Positions 1 through 22,200 of a stretch of DNA of 64,000 bases are shown one piece after another. Source of the stretch: Trichoplax adhaerens. Taxonomy: Eukaryota; Animalia; Placozoa. Under the pieces are notes generated by a model. The model did no database searches and was not told where the DNA came from. It saw only the letters and a program-made list of their open reading frames with translations. The stretch's first letter is position 1. Every line of letters starts with the position of its first letter. Location: positions 5,327,006 to 5,391,005 of the forward strand of contig NW_002060949.1 of assembly GCF_000150275.1 (NCBI RefSeq). Reading direction: 5' to 3'. The position numbers and the translations under genes were made by a program.

Positions 1-912
1 ATAGGTAGCCTAAATAAGCATGTAAAGCTCTGTGAAATTTCAATTTTGACTCCGAAATCTGGGGTAAAAATACCTTTAACACCCGAAAAGGATATGGATA
101 AGGCAGCCTAAATAAATATGTAAAAGCTCAGTGAAATTTCAATTTTGACTCCGAAATCTGGTGTAAAAATACCTCTAAAATCCGAAAAGGGTATACTGTA
201 GGTAAGACAGCCTAAGTGAACATGTAAAGCTCTGTGAAATTTCAATTTTGACTTCGAAATCTGGGGTAAAAATACCTCCAACATCCGAAAAAGGAAATGG
301 GTAAGACAGTCTAAATAAATATGTAAAGCTCTGTGAAATTTTAATTTTGACTCCGAAGTCTGCTGTAAAAATACCTCTAAAATCCGAAAAAGGGTATGGG
401 TAAAAGGCAGCCTAAATAAATATGTAAAGCTCTATGAAATTTCAATTTTGACTCCAAAATTTGGTGTAAAATACCTCTAAAATATGAAAAACGGGTATGG
501 GTAAGGCAGCGTAAATAAATACGTAAAGCTCTGTAAAACTTCAATTTTGACTCCAAAATCTGAGGTAAAAATACCTCCAACATCCGAAAAGTGTATGGGT
601 AAGACAGGCTAAATAAATATGTAAAGCTCTGTGAAACTTCAATTTTGACTCCAAAATCTGAGGTAAAAATACCTCCAACATCCAAAAAGTGTATGGGTAA
701 GACAGGCTAAATAAATATGTAAAGCTCTGTGAAACTTCAATTTTGACTCCAAAATCTGAGGTAAAAATACCTCCAACATCCGAAAAGGGTATGGGTAAGA
801 CAGGCTAAATAAATATATAAAGCTCTGTGAAACTTCAATTTTGACTCCAAAATCTGGAGTAAAAATACCTCCAACATCCGAAAAGGGTATGGGTAAGGCA
901 GCCTAAATAAAT
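1..912. repeat. 98-bp tandem repeat, about 9 copies, truncated by the window start; probably intronic in LRRC9
   Basis: Unit GTAAGRCAGSCTAAATAAATATGTAAAGCTCTGTGAAAYTTCAATTTTGACTCCRAAATCTGRGGTAAAAATACCTCCAACATCCGAAAAGGGTATGG; AAGACAGG recurs at 601, 699 and 797 (period 98). Confidence 0.97.
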
Positions 913-1364
913 ACACGCACAAGTTTTGTACTATAGTAGTTTGGATTGCTAAGGGAGCCATTATTGAGTGTAAAATAGGCTGCTGTGGATAGTTGGATCT
1001 TGTAGCAGAATAGGAGTTAGTCCTGGGTTCCATACGGTACATTGCTCAATACAGTGCAGTATGAAAGCATTATCGCCAACGATAAATCACTGACTTTTAA
1101 ATCGTATTTTTTTTACTGTCCACATGTCCTCTGTCCGCCTGTTTCTCCCGCCGCAGTATTCTCAAATCTCTCTCTACCCTACTTTTAGCTAAAAGTGTTT
1201 TCCAAGTCCTCAGCAGTATACTAGAGTATGGACTAAAGTAATACGGTAGACAACTTCAAGTTTAGGATCAAATCTGTATCGCACTTGACCAGCAATGGTG
1301 TTAATCAATGAGAGCATCATTATTACTTTTATTTGACTACTATAACTTATTTCCTACTATCTAG

Positions 1365-9862
<8,498 letters not shown>

Positions 9863-10242
9863 AAGATCAAAATTCTTAGGAAATGAAATTTATTTCGATT
9901 GTAGATAGTGCTTCGTACACCATAATCTTACAATCCTGTGCGGCTTTTTTGTTTTATATATCTAAATATTTAAACGATAATGGGTTACATGTATTTATGA
10001 CACATTTTGTGTTACAGATAGATAAAGTTTGCTAAGATTTTACTATTTTTATATTGAAATTTTGTAAACTGGTATTAAATTCATCTTAACATTAAATGTT
10101 TTTGAAAAACAACAGATTGCATTCATTAAAAGTTTGCAATTTCAACATTAAATAATTTTGATAATCAAAAACGGTACCTATCCGGATGCATAACGAAAAT
10201 CATAATCTTTTTACTTTCGAAGATTTTACTATAAAATATAAT

Positions 10243-13200
10243 TTATACAAAGCCAAAAACTTTGATTTTAATAGCCATAAGCAGTTTAGATTTCAGTATA
10301 GCTTTGCTTGAATATAACGGAAGATATAATCGAGAAATACAAGTATTAGCAGTCGGTAAATGTTGATCATCTGATGGCCTTATCGTTATTGTCGGTAACG
10401 GTTGAAAACCTTCTCCGCTTACAGGTAATGCGGGACTGGAGGTCCAAAAATACAACTAAATTTGCAAAGTGTTGACTAGTTAAAATTTACACGAGGATAA
10501 ACAGAAAATAAAAGAATCAAGAAAACTACCAGTTCTCTCTTTTCTTCAGTACTCATTTTCTCAAAAATAGACCAAAACCACCGCTTAAGCCTTTCCACAT
10601 TACCAGAGGATCCTTCTGAAAATTAGTTACAATATTAGAAAAGTTCTGAAAATATAAATGAAATAAAATAAAAAATCTGATATAATTCTTACTGCTTTCA
10701 TCATTGAAGGAAGTATGTCTCTTAACCCACTTTACATCAACTTCTCCGATACCGTTCAAAAGTAAGCGCAAATCCTCGGTATTTAAATTTTTAAACGCAT
10801 TTTGCGGAATCACATCAAATATTCCTTTTCGCATCGCCTTTCAATAATAAATCATTACAGTAAGTGATCACGAACATGTCGTCAACATCTATTACCTAGT
10901 ACTTTCAAAAAAACTTACATCCAAAGGTTTCTGCATACAAAAGTACATTTTTTGCATAGCATATAATTCAACATATTCGTAAACGTTTTCTGGTGTAACA
11001 GAAATTCCGGAACCACCCTCAATTAATTCAACTTCTTTTCCACCTTCTTCCTGAGATAAATTGATAACAAATCGTAAATCCATTTCTTTGAAATACTGCT
11101 CCGCATTATCTTTATTGCCAGCCATTATCAATTGCCGTAAGTTTTCATATAGCGAGGCATTGAAAAATGCTAGATCATGCCATTGTACCTATGACGGAAA
11201 TGAATTTACTAATTTTAGAATAAAGATTAAACGCAATATATATGAAATGGAAAGACTTTATTTCATATGCGGCCACATACGTCTCTATTCAGCAATACTT
11301 TTAGAACGTGACGGTTAAATGTTAGCGTTGAGACTTCATTTTGAAGCAAGCACAAGCCAATAATTCTACACAAATATACAAAGAAAAAGCCATAATTACG
11401 ACAAACTTTACGGTTAGATAATAAAGTTGAAGTTGAATAATTAGATAAAATAGATCTAAGAACATCGAGGCGTTACAAAAAGTAAAATTTTAGCCAACCT
11501 TCCTATGTTTCTGAAAAGATTCAACCTCGTAAGGCTATTAGATCCAGGGCGAGGCGAATAGAAACCGACCTTGCCCGGTTGATAAAATAGAGGTTCATTG
11601 TCTTTGCTATTTTGATGAGAGCTGTTATCTTCAGTTTCACTAGCTCACAATAATGAATACGAGACCGTTACGATATGATTAATGCAACTATTTAAGATAT
11701 AAAATTCCATGCACATTTAGTATTATAACCTTTGATGAGAACATATAATGGATATAGCTTCATCAATACGTTGACGTAGATAATTTTCGTCAGAAAATAA
11801 TGCCAATAAATTTTGAGTAGGAGCATGTTCCAAAAGCATGCCCGTAATCTTAGCAGCATGTTCCTGAAAACAAAATATAGCATGCTTACTGTCATTACCT
11901 ACTTTTAACTAACTGTTACTTGAACGAAAGCGTTATCTTACAGGATGAAAAGCTCTAATCTTCTCAAAAAGTCTTTTACCGAGGACCTGTTTTTCACTAG
12001 AGTTATATATTACACTCTCAAGATGACTATACTTCGTTGGATCGAATGAGGGAGCATCGTAAGATAACGGATAGCTTTGTACATCTCTAATTCTGTTCGT
12101 GGATACGAAATAATTCCTGCCTCTACGCCGATCGTTACCAAGATTTACATCTGTCCGAGACATCATCATGTAATTAACTATTCCATTACGATTAACTATT
12201 ACTCGTATAGTACAACACCAATTCTTACCCCTGCTACTACTTGACCCTGCATTCAATACAGGTAATTTTTCATTTGATAGGAATGCCTGTTTTAAGAACC
12301 GACGTTACTGCGAGCTTAGTTAGTATTACAGCACGATAATCTAGAACTTACTTCAGCAATGCCAGAATAAAAGCTGCGAGCGACACCGCTTCCTTCTCCC
12401 GGTTCGTTTTTAAACGAGGCCTTAACTCTATGGACTGCCAACGGTTGATCTAGTGTTTGATGCTTCTTATAGAAGTCGTTTAAACTTATAACGGTTTGCT
12501 TTATCATTGCCGCTCCGTCTCTTTCAACCTAAATGTAACAAACGTTAGAATTAAAAAATAGAATGCTAATTTGTATCATGCAATTATACTATATGTAGTA
12601 CCTCAATGACTAAATCTCGTGTTTGTAAATTTTTATGTTTTTCCATTTCGCGTCTAAAAGCAGCTTCTTTGATATCGAAAGAAACTAATTCCGTCAAGAC
12701 AGAATCTGGCTGACAACCAATATCTTCCATAAAAGCACGACTAAATAATTCAACTGTAAGCTTCCATCGTCCGAGCCAGCATTCAGGCTTCATTTCGTTA
12801 AAATCAGTGCCACAATCGCCTAAAAGAAAATGGCGATCATCATTCGATAATCTCTTCAAAGTATGTAGTACAAATCAAAGAAGAACGTAACGATACTAAC
12901 CATGTTGATTTTGTAATCTTGTAGATAAATTAAGATCCACAGACACACTACGGTTAGAGTTAAAGCAATCTCTAGTATCAATGCTTGAACTGAATAAGTC
13001 CTGTTTTAATACTGAAGGACTGAGTAAATGAGGTTTCTCAGCTAATGGCAATGCAATGTTCATAGGTGTCTTGAAAGGATCTGCCGGTTCCGATCCTAAG
13101 TGCAACGTGGAGTTCGTTCTTCGGAAAAAACGTTTATTCTTTCGTACGCGGCTTTCGTAAACTTTAGATGTATCTATAATTAATAATAACAAAAAAATAA

Positions 13201-16200
13201 CAATTTTTGCCATCGTAAGAATCCGATAACTGACGTTACTGTTAAATATATATTTTTACATAGACCACTTACCGGATACTTCTTTCACATTAATTGTAGC
13301 CCCAGAAGAACTGGTACGGTTGCTTACTTCATAACTAACACGAGTATTATTTTCATCCTCTGTAGATAAACTTCTAATATCATGGCGAAGAAAATACATT
13401 ATAGCGTCGAAAACATAAGCTACATGCTTCATAGAAGAAATATCCATGAAAGGAATGGTATCTCTATGTTCATAATTATTGGAACGCATCAAGGAGAGCG
13501 CATATATCAAAACGTCATGACGGCTTGAGGCAAACAAATTACTAGCTTCAAGTCTCGCCCTCCGATAGCTAGACTCCCATAGATGACCTGTATCTCTGTT
13601 TGAAGCTCGATCACGTCGACTAGATGCTATCAACTTTTGTTGATAATCTGGATTTAATGGATGCATTGGATGCTTTTTATCAGTTGCTAACAGTAAAGAA
13701 ACTCCAAACCTTAATTGTGATTCTGTGTTATCCATCACATCTACAATCCAACGCCATGATTGTGATAGACACCCCTTAACTTTTTCTTGTAAATCTACTA
13801 AGTTTACTTCATCAACAGGTAATATAGTATTTGATCTAGATTTAATGCACTTTGTTTTCTTCAAATTCGTTAATGTAACCAGCAGATCTGTGACCTCACG
13901 AACAGTCACAGCGAACATCTTTGCTATATAACTAGAATTTGAGTTGGCTATAGAAGAGATACTATCACGGTTACTATTATTTGAATTGCCAGAATTGCCG
14001 GTACGAATAGAATCAGGATATAATATAGAATTTGGTGTAATTATGTGACCACCTTGTTGAGGATGAGCCGTTGCATTTACAGCCCATTGTAATACATGAG
14101 GCTCTCTAATCGATCTAGAAATATTGTAAATAGGCGCATCAGTATTGCCTCTCATCATTCGTCGACTTTGAGGCCGTCCTGGTAACTCATCAGGCTCTTC
14201 AAATGCTTCTGACGAAGAAGATTCGTCCTCCTCGTCAGAATAATAAACCATATTGGAATCTGGTATAACAAATAGTGCAAGAGATTAGTCTTTAACTAAA
14301 ATGCCATACAAATGCAATAATTCCTACTGTACCGATATCATTTTGAACATGCATCCGCGAAGTTGTTGCTGACGCGGATTCAATCCGGAGGACAACACTG
14401 TCACTACTATCACTATCAATCTCTTCAAGCATACCAAGATCCATTTCAGATTCATTATTAGAACTGTTATCAACTTGAATCCCTTCGTTCGCTATATCAG
14501 CACTCTGATAGAAAGGGAATAATAATTTACATGCTATAGTATGGACTTCATTGAAGCGTTTTCTACAATACACCTACCCTACTTAACTCCCTAGATTGTT
14601 CATGTGGACTACTTGCGTCGCTATCTGTATCAATAAGTTCTTCCACAGCCATAGGAGCTCGTGATGCTAATGTATCATTACTGACGCTAGATTTTTGAAT
14701 ATAGTGAACAAGCATTATGAACTATCGTAATGAGATGAAAACGATATAATTACTAATACAGAAAATAATTCAGTAGTATACAATACCTAGATGTCAGATC
14801 ATGAGTATTTCTTCTTTCAGTATTATCTGCATCTGACCGTATATTTGCATGGTCTATTTCAATGACTGGATCTCTTATTTCTTGAGATGCATGTTGATCA
14901 TTATTGAGACTATCATTAAATGAGGGATTTGAAGTATCATTACCATCAGTACGACTACCACCAGCTGTAGAACCCTCTGTGAAAGGCTCAGTTACGAACA
15001 AATTTTCGATAAATTGAGCAGCGTCAACATGGCTAGTTAAAACCGTTAACCAAGCAGGTTGAGCAATTCCTAATCGAACTGGTGCTATCAATGAGTCTGC
15101 AGCCTTAGCTAGCTCTGTTACTGCAAAGATATGCAGCGATTGAAAAACGCTACGGCACTTTCGTAAAGGAATTCTAAAACAATGGAACACAAAAATTACT
15201 CTGAAATGTATCAAACCGAACTTATGAATGATTGAGGTTCATCAAATAGTACGTACCTAAAGACATTTGCGGCATCCGGTGTCGCTGACAATACAACGAA
15301 AATACGGGCAACGGATCTGACAAACCTTTTAGCAACTATCTCAGCCTCAACAGTAGTTATAGGATTCTCAATTGATTTGATAATCGTTCGTAGTAGATGT
15401 TCTAATGCCTTAAGTAGGAAGTAATTGTATGTTAAAAGAAAGGTTAAAATATTACAAGCGTTTACACTATATAGATAAGTTACCTTGCATTCGTTCGTAT
15501 TATACTTTACAGTCAGATAGTAAGTAAAACAGTCCAAACGAACAGAATTATCTTGACTTGAAAGAAAAGCTTTTTGTTCGTCTCTTGCGAGAAAAGGGTA
15601 ATCCGTGGAGTGAGGCTTATTCATCTTCGTACCTTCATCAAAAATGACATTGACTGCTTCTGGCATGATTAATGACATAACAGACGTCCAATCCTGTAAT
15701 AGTAGCTCTAGTGCTTTGGCAGCGAATTTTGGTGGTTCTAATAAAGGACCCATATCCTTATTTACAACTGTACCCGAGAGAGATCGTAAACTTTTACTAT
15801 GTCTAAGCCGTCTATCATGAGGGCGGTTGCGGAACTGATGGTGAGAATTAGCCTGTCTTACAGCAGTATGAAGAACAAATAAAAGAATATGCTCTCCCCT
15901 AAAATTATAATATTAGATGATGGTTATACATAATTTGCAATTAAAGAAATTTCATTTATACAAATAATAACATAGATCTGTTAGCTTTATTAACCTTTCA
16001 TTTGGCAATCGCACTAGGTCTGTTTCAGCAATTAATCTCTGTAAAAGTCTTAAGCGATCTCCTTGGCTACCGGCAACTTGAATTTGACAATTACATTTCT
16101 CTAAGCAGTCGCAGTAAGCAGACGACGGAGAACTCTTCAATCTGTATGATATAAATTTTTTAACATCAAATTCATAAAAGCATACTAGAAATAAACGCAA

Positions 16201-19200
16201 AGATAGCAACGTAATTGAAGTTTTTTATACTTACACGCAGTTATGTCCTTTATGACAAATGAGAGCACACTCAGTACAACAACAATGAGTATCTACGAGT
16301 CCGCATGTGCGACATTCGTAAACGTCCTAATCGAAAGAATTGAAACATCAATTTAACTTCTAATCTTACAACGAAACAATTAAATTATCAATAGATGTTT
16401 ATTTCGCCTACCTGATTGATATGTTCTGTACCAGTCCAAGTAAAAGAGCAGCAATCATTTAGGCATATGTTATAAATAGGTGAGCAATCTGTAGTAGTTT
16501 CCGAAGGGCAAATGATCTGTCGTAAAACTTCCTTGCTATCATCCTGTTTTTCAGCTAATTCCTTAGCTAAGTCGAACAAGATAAGGGCTGCTTTGTACGC
16601 ACGTAGATGTACTGCCAACATAAACGGTGTATAACCATGTGCATCTCTAACATTCAAAAAAAATGTTACAAAAAAATTACTAATGTTAAAATTTGCACTT
16701 ATCTCGTAAATAATAATTCTCATAATGACAAATTTTACCTCGTTAATAACAATAGCCCAAGATACGGTTTTAAAGCATCGTTTTTGCAAATTAACGACAA
16801 GCATTTAATGGCAGCAGAAGTATTAAATTCCTTGCTACTTTCAAAGGAGTTCGAAGTTACCATTTCTTGTTCTCTACGACTGTAATCGCTAGTTTTAGAA
16901 CTACCTTGACTTTTCATACCTTCTCTGACTGACGGTCCTAATTTTAATTATAAACATTTTAGTCATAACTATAATAGAACTACAAAGTAGCTCATTACAT
17001 GTTATACTCACCCGGTAACGACGAAGATTCATTCATAAATCCAAGAAGTGAAGAAATTTCGTCGCGATGGCTTGAAATAGTTTCATGCCTGCTTGATACG
17101 AACATATCTTCATCCATATGAGACGAAATGAGTCTATCAACACTATCAGTTCGAGATGATGGAAATGAAGTCGATCGATGCAGATTGGCAAGTAAATAAG
17201 GTCCAGAATAAGATGAGGAAGGATTTACAGGTGTACTTTGATCAGCTACAGTAAGAAATTGTAGTTACTATTAATGTAATATATATTTTTATATACAGTA
17301 AGTAGTTAAATAGTAAATTTTAGAAATTAGACTGACCTTGACGTCTATCTTCTTCGGCGGTTGCTTTACACATACTCGCACACATATGCAATATATTACG
17401 TTTCCCATCACAATGCTCCAGTAGCAAACTTTTGATGTAATTTTGCTTGCTTTCCGGGTCTAAAATTGATCAAATGGACAATTACGGTTTACAAAGTCCA
17501 TTCTAATCATCAACACCTAATCAAGCTGAGCATTGCAATGGGCGTAGAGTTACCTGATATGCGGTCAACTTCATCTAATAATTGCCTTACACTGCGATAA
17601 TCGGATTCTAATATATAAGACATCAGTTTCTGGTTATCCATTACCATGGCAATTAAAGCAATGGGGTTATTGATGCTATGAATGCTTCGTTCCATGAAAT
17701 TTACTCCAACAGCAATAGAACGGGTTGGCGGTAAGTTCTAAATATAATAATTGAATATTATAATAAAAAAATTCAACAGTTGGTGCTACACTCTTTCTGA
17801 ATCATATTCATTATCACTACGCTGCAAGAAGTAACGTGTTTACTAACCAGCCAATCACTATCTTTAATGTTCTGTCCAGCAACAACAGATAAAGGAAATA
17901 GGGCACCAAGGCTATCTCGTAAGACACAGTTCCATTCCTATGCGTGAAATAACGAGCAAAATTACACGATTGAACATTAATGCTAGTACAAAATAATACT
18001 CAACGTCTACCTGATCGATACTGAGCATGGTTGCTTTTTCTTTGTGCTCTTCAACTTGAATCATATCCGTTGGTATAGTACAAAGAGTATGACTTCGTCC
18101 GTTGTCCAAGTTGAATCGGCTATAAGTTAATTTTCCATCACTTCTTGTAACTTGTAAAATGCCTAGTGAAACAGTATTAGATTATTAGAGCGTGTAAAAG
18201 AGCAGGTACAACCATAGAGTACAATCATAACTAACCGTTACAATTAGCACTTAACGCAACTATTCGACCCTTAGACGGAGGAAGTAATTTAGGAACTCGT
18301 TGAATTTTATCAACACACCTACAGCTATACGGTGTTTTGGTAAGCTGCGTAAAAGTATAGAGATCGATCCCGTTAACGTATTATTATAGTATTTTTGGTT
18401 GATTACATAAGAAATGAACCAGTTTTACCTGTAAATCGCCAAGTGGCAATAGACGACAACTTCTAAGAAGCATAGTCTCTAAATATAATTGAGTATCGCC
18501 ATCATCTGCACTTTTACTGTCATCTTGCCGTGAATTAACTTTCACTATGGCAAATCCTCCATCGATCTTCATAACTTGACCAACTGGTGGCTCCATTGAA
18601 GCTTCTACGAATATAGCATTCTTAATATCCCATATTTCCTCCATAAATTCACTATCATCACGATAACGTTCTATTTTCAACAATAAGTAAATATCAGAGA
18701 TTTTCTCTAAACTCAGATAAATAAATATTTAAAATGAAATTTTCTGTAATGTCAGATTAAGACTACAATATACGATCTGTCCTGTTTTGTATTACTTGAA
18801 GATTCTGATTTAAACTGAGCGTGTGAATCATCATTTTCTAGATCTGCATCAACAAAATTGTACGGTAGTATCCTGAATCGACGTTTATCATCCATATTCC
18901 AAGCGCTTTCGAGCAGTTGACCAATTTTTGGCTTTCCAGATGAAATATTGATAGCAATAGCTCCATGATTATAAATTGGATTACCAGAGAAACGAACCTA
19001 TAAGAAGATAACAATTTTAACTGAAAATGTGGCAAGACATATATAATAAAATTTAAGATACCGTACAGCGCATACATACCATAGACCCAACAGTTATAGA
19101 TGAAGGCTCGCATGATGACTTAGCCTTCTTTAACCTAAGTTTAGCTTTCTCAATTATCTTCTTACGTACAGCAAAAGGTGGAATTCCCCTAATTGATATA

Positions 19201-22200
19201 GAAATTATTTTTAGCTGTTCATACACAGTATATTATTTCTCTTAGTTAAAAATGTACAGTTGTTTCAAAGAACTATGACATATACGCAGTCCAATAAAAA
19301 AATAGAGATAGAAGCTATAGCTACTTACCACCACATCACTACATCAGATGATAGTTGTACACAAGTGTATAAAGGACACACTTGTAAAGATTTTATAGGA
19401 TTATCTTCAAATTCTCTAAATTTTCTTGCAGGATGTTCAATTTTATTGGCAAAATAGTGAACACAATCGTCTACCCATGTTGCAACCTAAATAATGCTTT
19501 ACAGTAAGTTCTCGAACAAAGTCAAGTAAATAGACAGATTTTTAATAAATTTTCACCTTTCCAGAAAGGGTAGCAACAGAAGCTCGGATAGAATTGGCAG
19601 CTACTAGAACAATAACTTCATTTTTTAAGTCTAGGTCAGCTGTACGTGGATGCCTCATATTTTCATCCTGTAAGAACAAGTATTTCCAATGAAGTGAATG
19701 TGACGGAATACAGTTAGTAAATACATTATTCTTACAGTTTGGCCTTTGTAAGGATGCTTGTCCGACCATTTCCATTGGAATAATTTACCAGAAGAATTTA
19801 CAGCTATTAATTCGGAATGCAGAGCGGCTATGTGAGTAAAGTCTTTTTCTTTTGTATTGTCAGCAGCTAACCACCATTGAACATGATTGAATTGGACTAG
19901 ATCAGATATATCGTCTATATTTCTGTAATGAAAAGAAAATATACAGTTAGAAGACAGTTATAAATCGAAAAATTTAGGCCTATAACTTTTTAATAGAAAC
20001 TTTATTACCTATCGGTTAAATTGTTGGACGACGTCGCATCACTTAAATCATCAAAGGAACGCATTAACTTGGAGGATTCTTCCCTTTCAGCGGTATTACT
20101 AGGATCGCGACGTAAGCTCTGTCGGTAACTTCCACCGCGACTAGTACTTGGGCGTATATGTACATTATTAGTTAGATTATCATCACCAAAATCACTATCA
20201 AATATAAATCCACCATCATCGAAAAAGGATGCATTATCTGATAGCATTTCGTCTAATCGTAAAAAAAATTCATACATTAGCATCATTCATAAGAGGTGTA
20301 TATATAGTGTATATATATAATCAAACAGTAAGCTTACTTGAACAAAGAGATACTATTAAGATCGAATTAGTATAAAATTTTACTATACACGTTATTCGTT
20401 ATTAGAAACATGTTACGGTACTTTTTATACGTCCTCTAAATATAAAGTATAGCAATCAATCTAAAAATATTCCGTATTAACTTTACTGTATTACATAGTG
20501 CTACCATAGTAACCAAATTATTTTTTTTTTTTTATTACACATTGCCCCTCAGTAAATATAACATAATTCTCAAAGTTAAATCACCTATACAAGCTATTAA
20601 TGTAACATCGCATATTGGAGGAGATGAATATGTAGCAAATACACAATTCCTCTGTATTGGTAAGTTGTAATATTTCCATCTTAATATCAATGCTAATTAT
20701 GTTCATTGGTTATCTTACCTGCTAAGGTATACTCTGTACTATCCTCTGGTTCTCCAGTATCATCATCATCATCGCGACTTAAAAGATTATTAACTGCAAC
20801 GTTTACATCCAAATTCTAGGAACAAACATTACAAAGTGTGTTACCAATTAGTGAACTAAATTTTAATTACCTATATAAATATCGTACCACATAAATTGAT
20901 TATTCATATTTAAGAATCTACTTACACTTCGTTGTAGTTCTCTTATTATCACCTGCCGAGATTTGTCTTGCAATACACCTTGGACCTATTTATTAAAATC
21001 ATTCCAATATTTATATAGATCGGAGTTATTACAAAAGATTATAAGGTATCGAACTATTCTAGTGTACGCAATGACTACTGCGAAATTAGTACTTCATTTT
21101 GCTTTCCAAATTATTTAATTATTGACCTGCTCAATTAAGTCATCAGGGACTAAATTAACTGGTAATACGTTCCGATAAGACGCAAGGAAAGGCCGCCTTA
21201 AAAGACTATCACGATTGCGTCTCATTACTCTAGCTCTTACACCACTGGAAGGCCATACATTAACGCTAGCTGTATTTCGAGAAGACGTTGACGATCTAAC
21301 CGTATGACCATAATATCAGTAATAAACAGTGATTATATAAATCCAAAAAAAATTTTTCAAGACTTCAAATTTTATAAAAAGTTTAATGAATAGGAACATT
21401 TTTATTCGTTAATCATATCTGTAAGCACAACTGCGAACTTATATAATACAATAGCATAACTGCTTTTCTTATTTGCAGTGATACTGTACGTAAAAATTTT
21501 ACCTTGAAGATCCTCCAGTTTCTGTCGTTCCACCTGATGATCACGAACACAGATAGCAACGAAAATCAGACTCAGAAATTCTTAAAATTGTTATAACTCG
21601 ACTATCACAATATTACGTTAACTGCGAGTTACTAATTGATTACTGAAAGCTACTACAACACAGTCGCCTAATACATTACTAATTACTATCGTAACAGTCC
21701 AGATTATAAATCTTTATAGACTAAACGTGAAAACAAACAATCACAACATGTGCAGTAATAATCATCTCAAATATGGACAAATACTAATAGCGCATACTAC
21801 TTTTTATAGCCTTACGATAGAATGAAGCATAAGATTAGCCTTGATAATACAGCACCATTTCATCTTAAACTTTTAACTGATGTATAGTAGATAATATACT
21901 ACACTTTATTGTATTAAAATATGAAACGGGTTAATACTGTACCTGGAATAATTCAAGTAAGATACAAAAAAAATTAATACTTATTAGCGTGCGTAACAGC
22001 TATGTATTTCTTTCTATACTAACATATGTAGCTATAACACTAAATAAGTAACATGCTACATTTGAAAACTTTTATCTACGCAAAACGTTTAGTTACTGTA
22101 AGTGATCGAAATATATAAAGTCAAAAAGCTGAAATAGTAAGTAAGTAAGTACTAATAAAAATTGCCTGATACATTTCTTTGACATAATGTCCGCCAAGTA

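Noticed and set aside
1-912. CRISPR-like array
   Set aside because: Whole units repeat with no unique spacers, the context is eukaryotic and there are no cas genes.
377-1042. Minus-strand ORFs of 102 and 101 aa
   Set aside because: They are translations of the 98-bp tandem repeat and show repeated peptides with no domain.
12823-12900. Apparent frameshift between UBR5 ORFs
   Set aside because: Resolved by a normal phase-1 intron (G-GTTAGT...TTTTAG-GC).
11061-19457. Plus-strand ORFs overlapping UBR5 exons
   Set aside because: Antisense shadows of coding exons; the same applies to plus-strand ORFs over PREP (44015-45548) and Rab32 (51558-51764).
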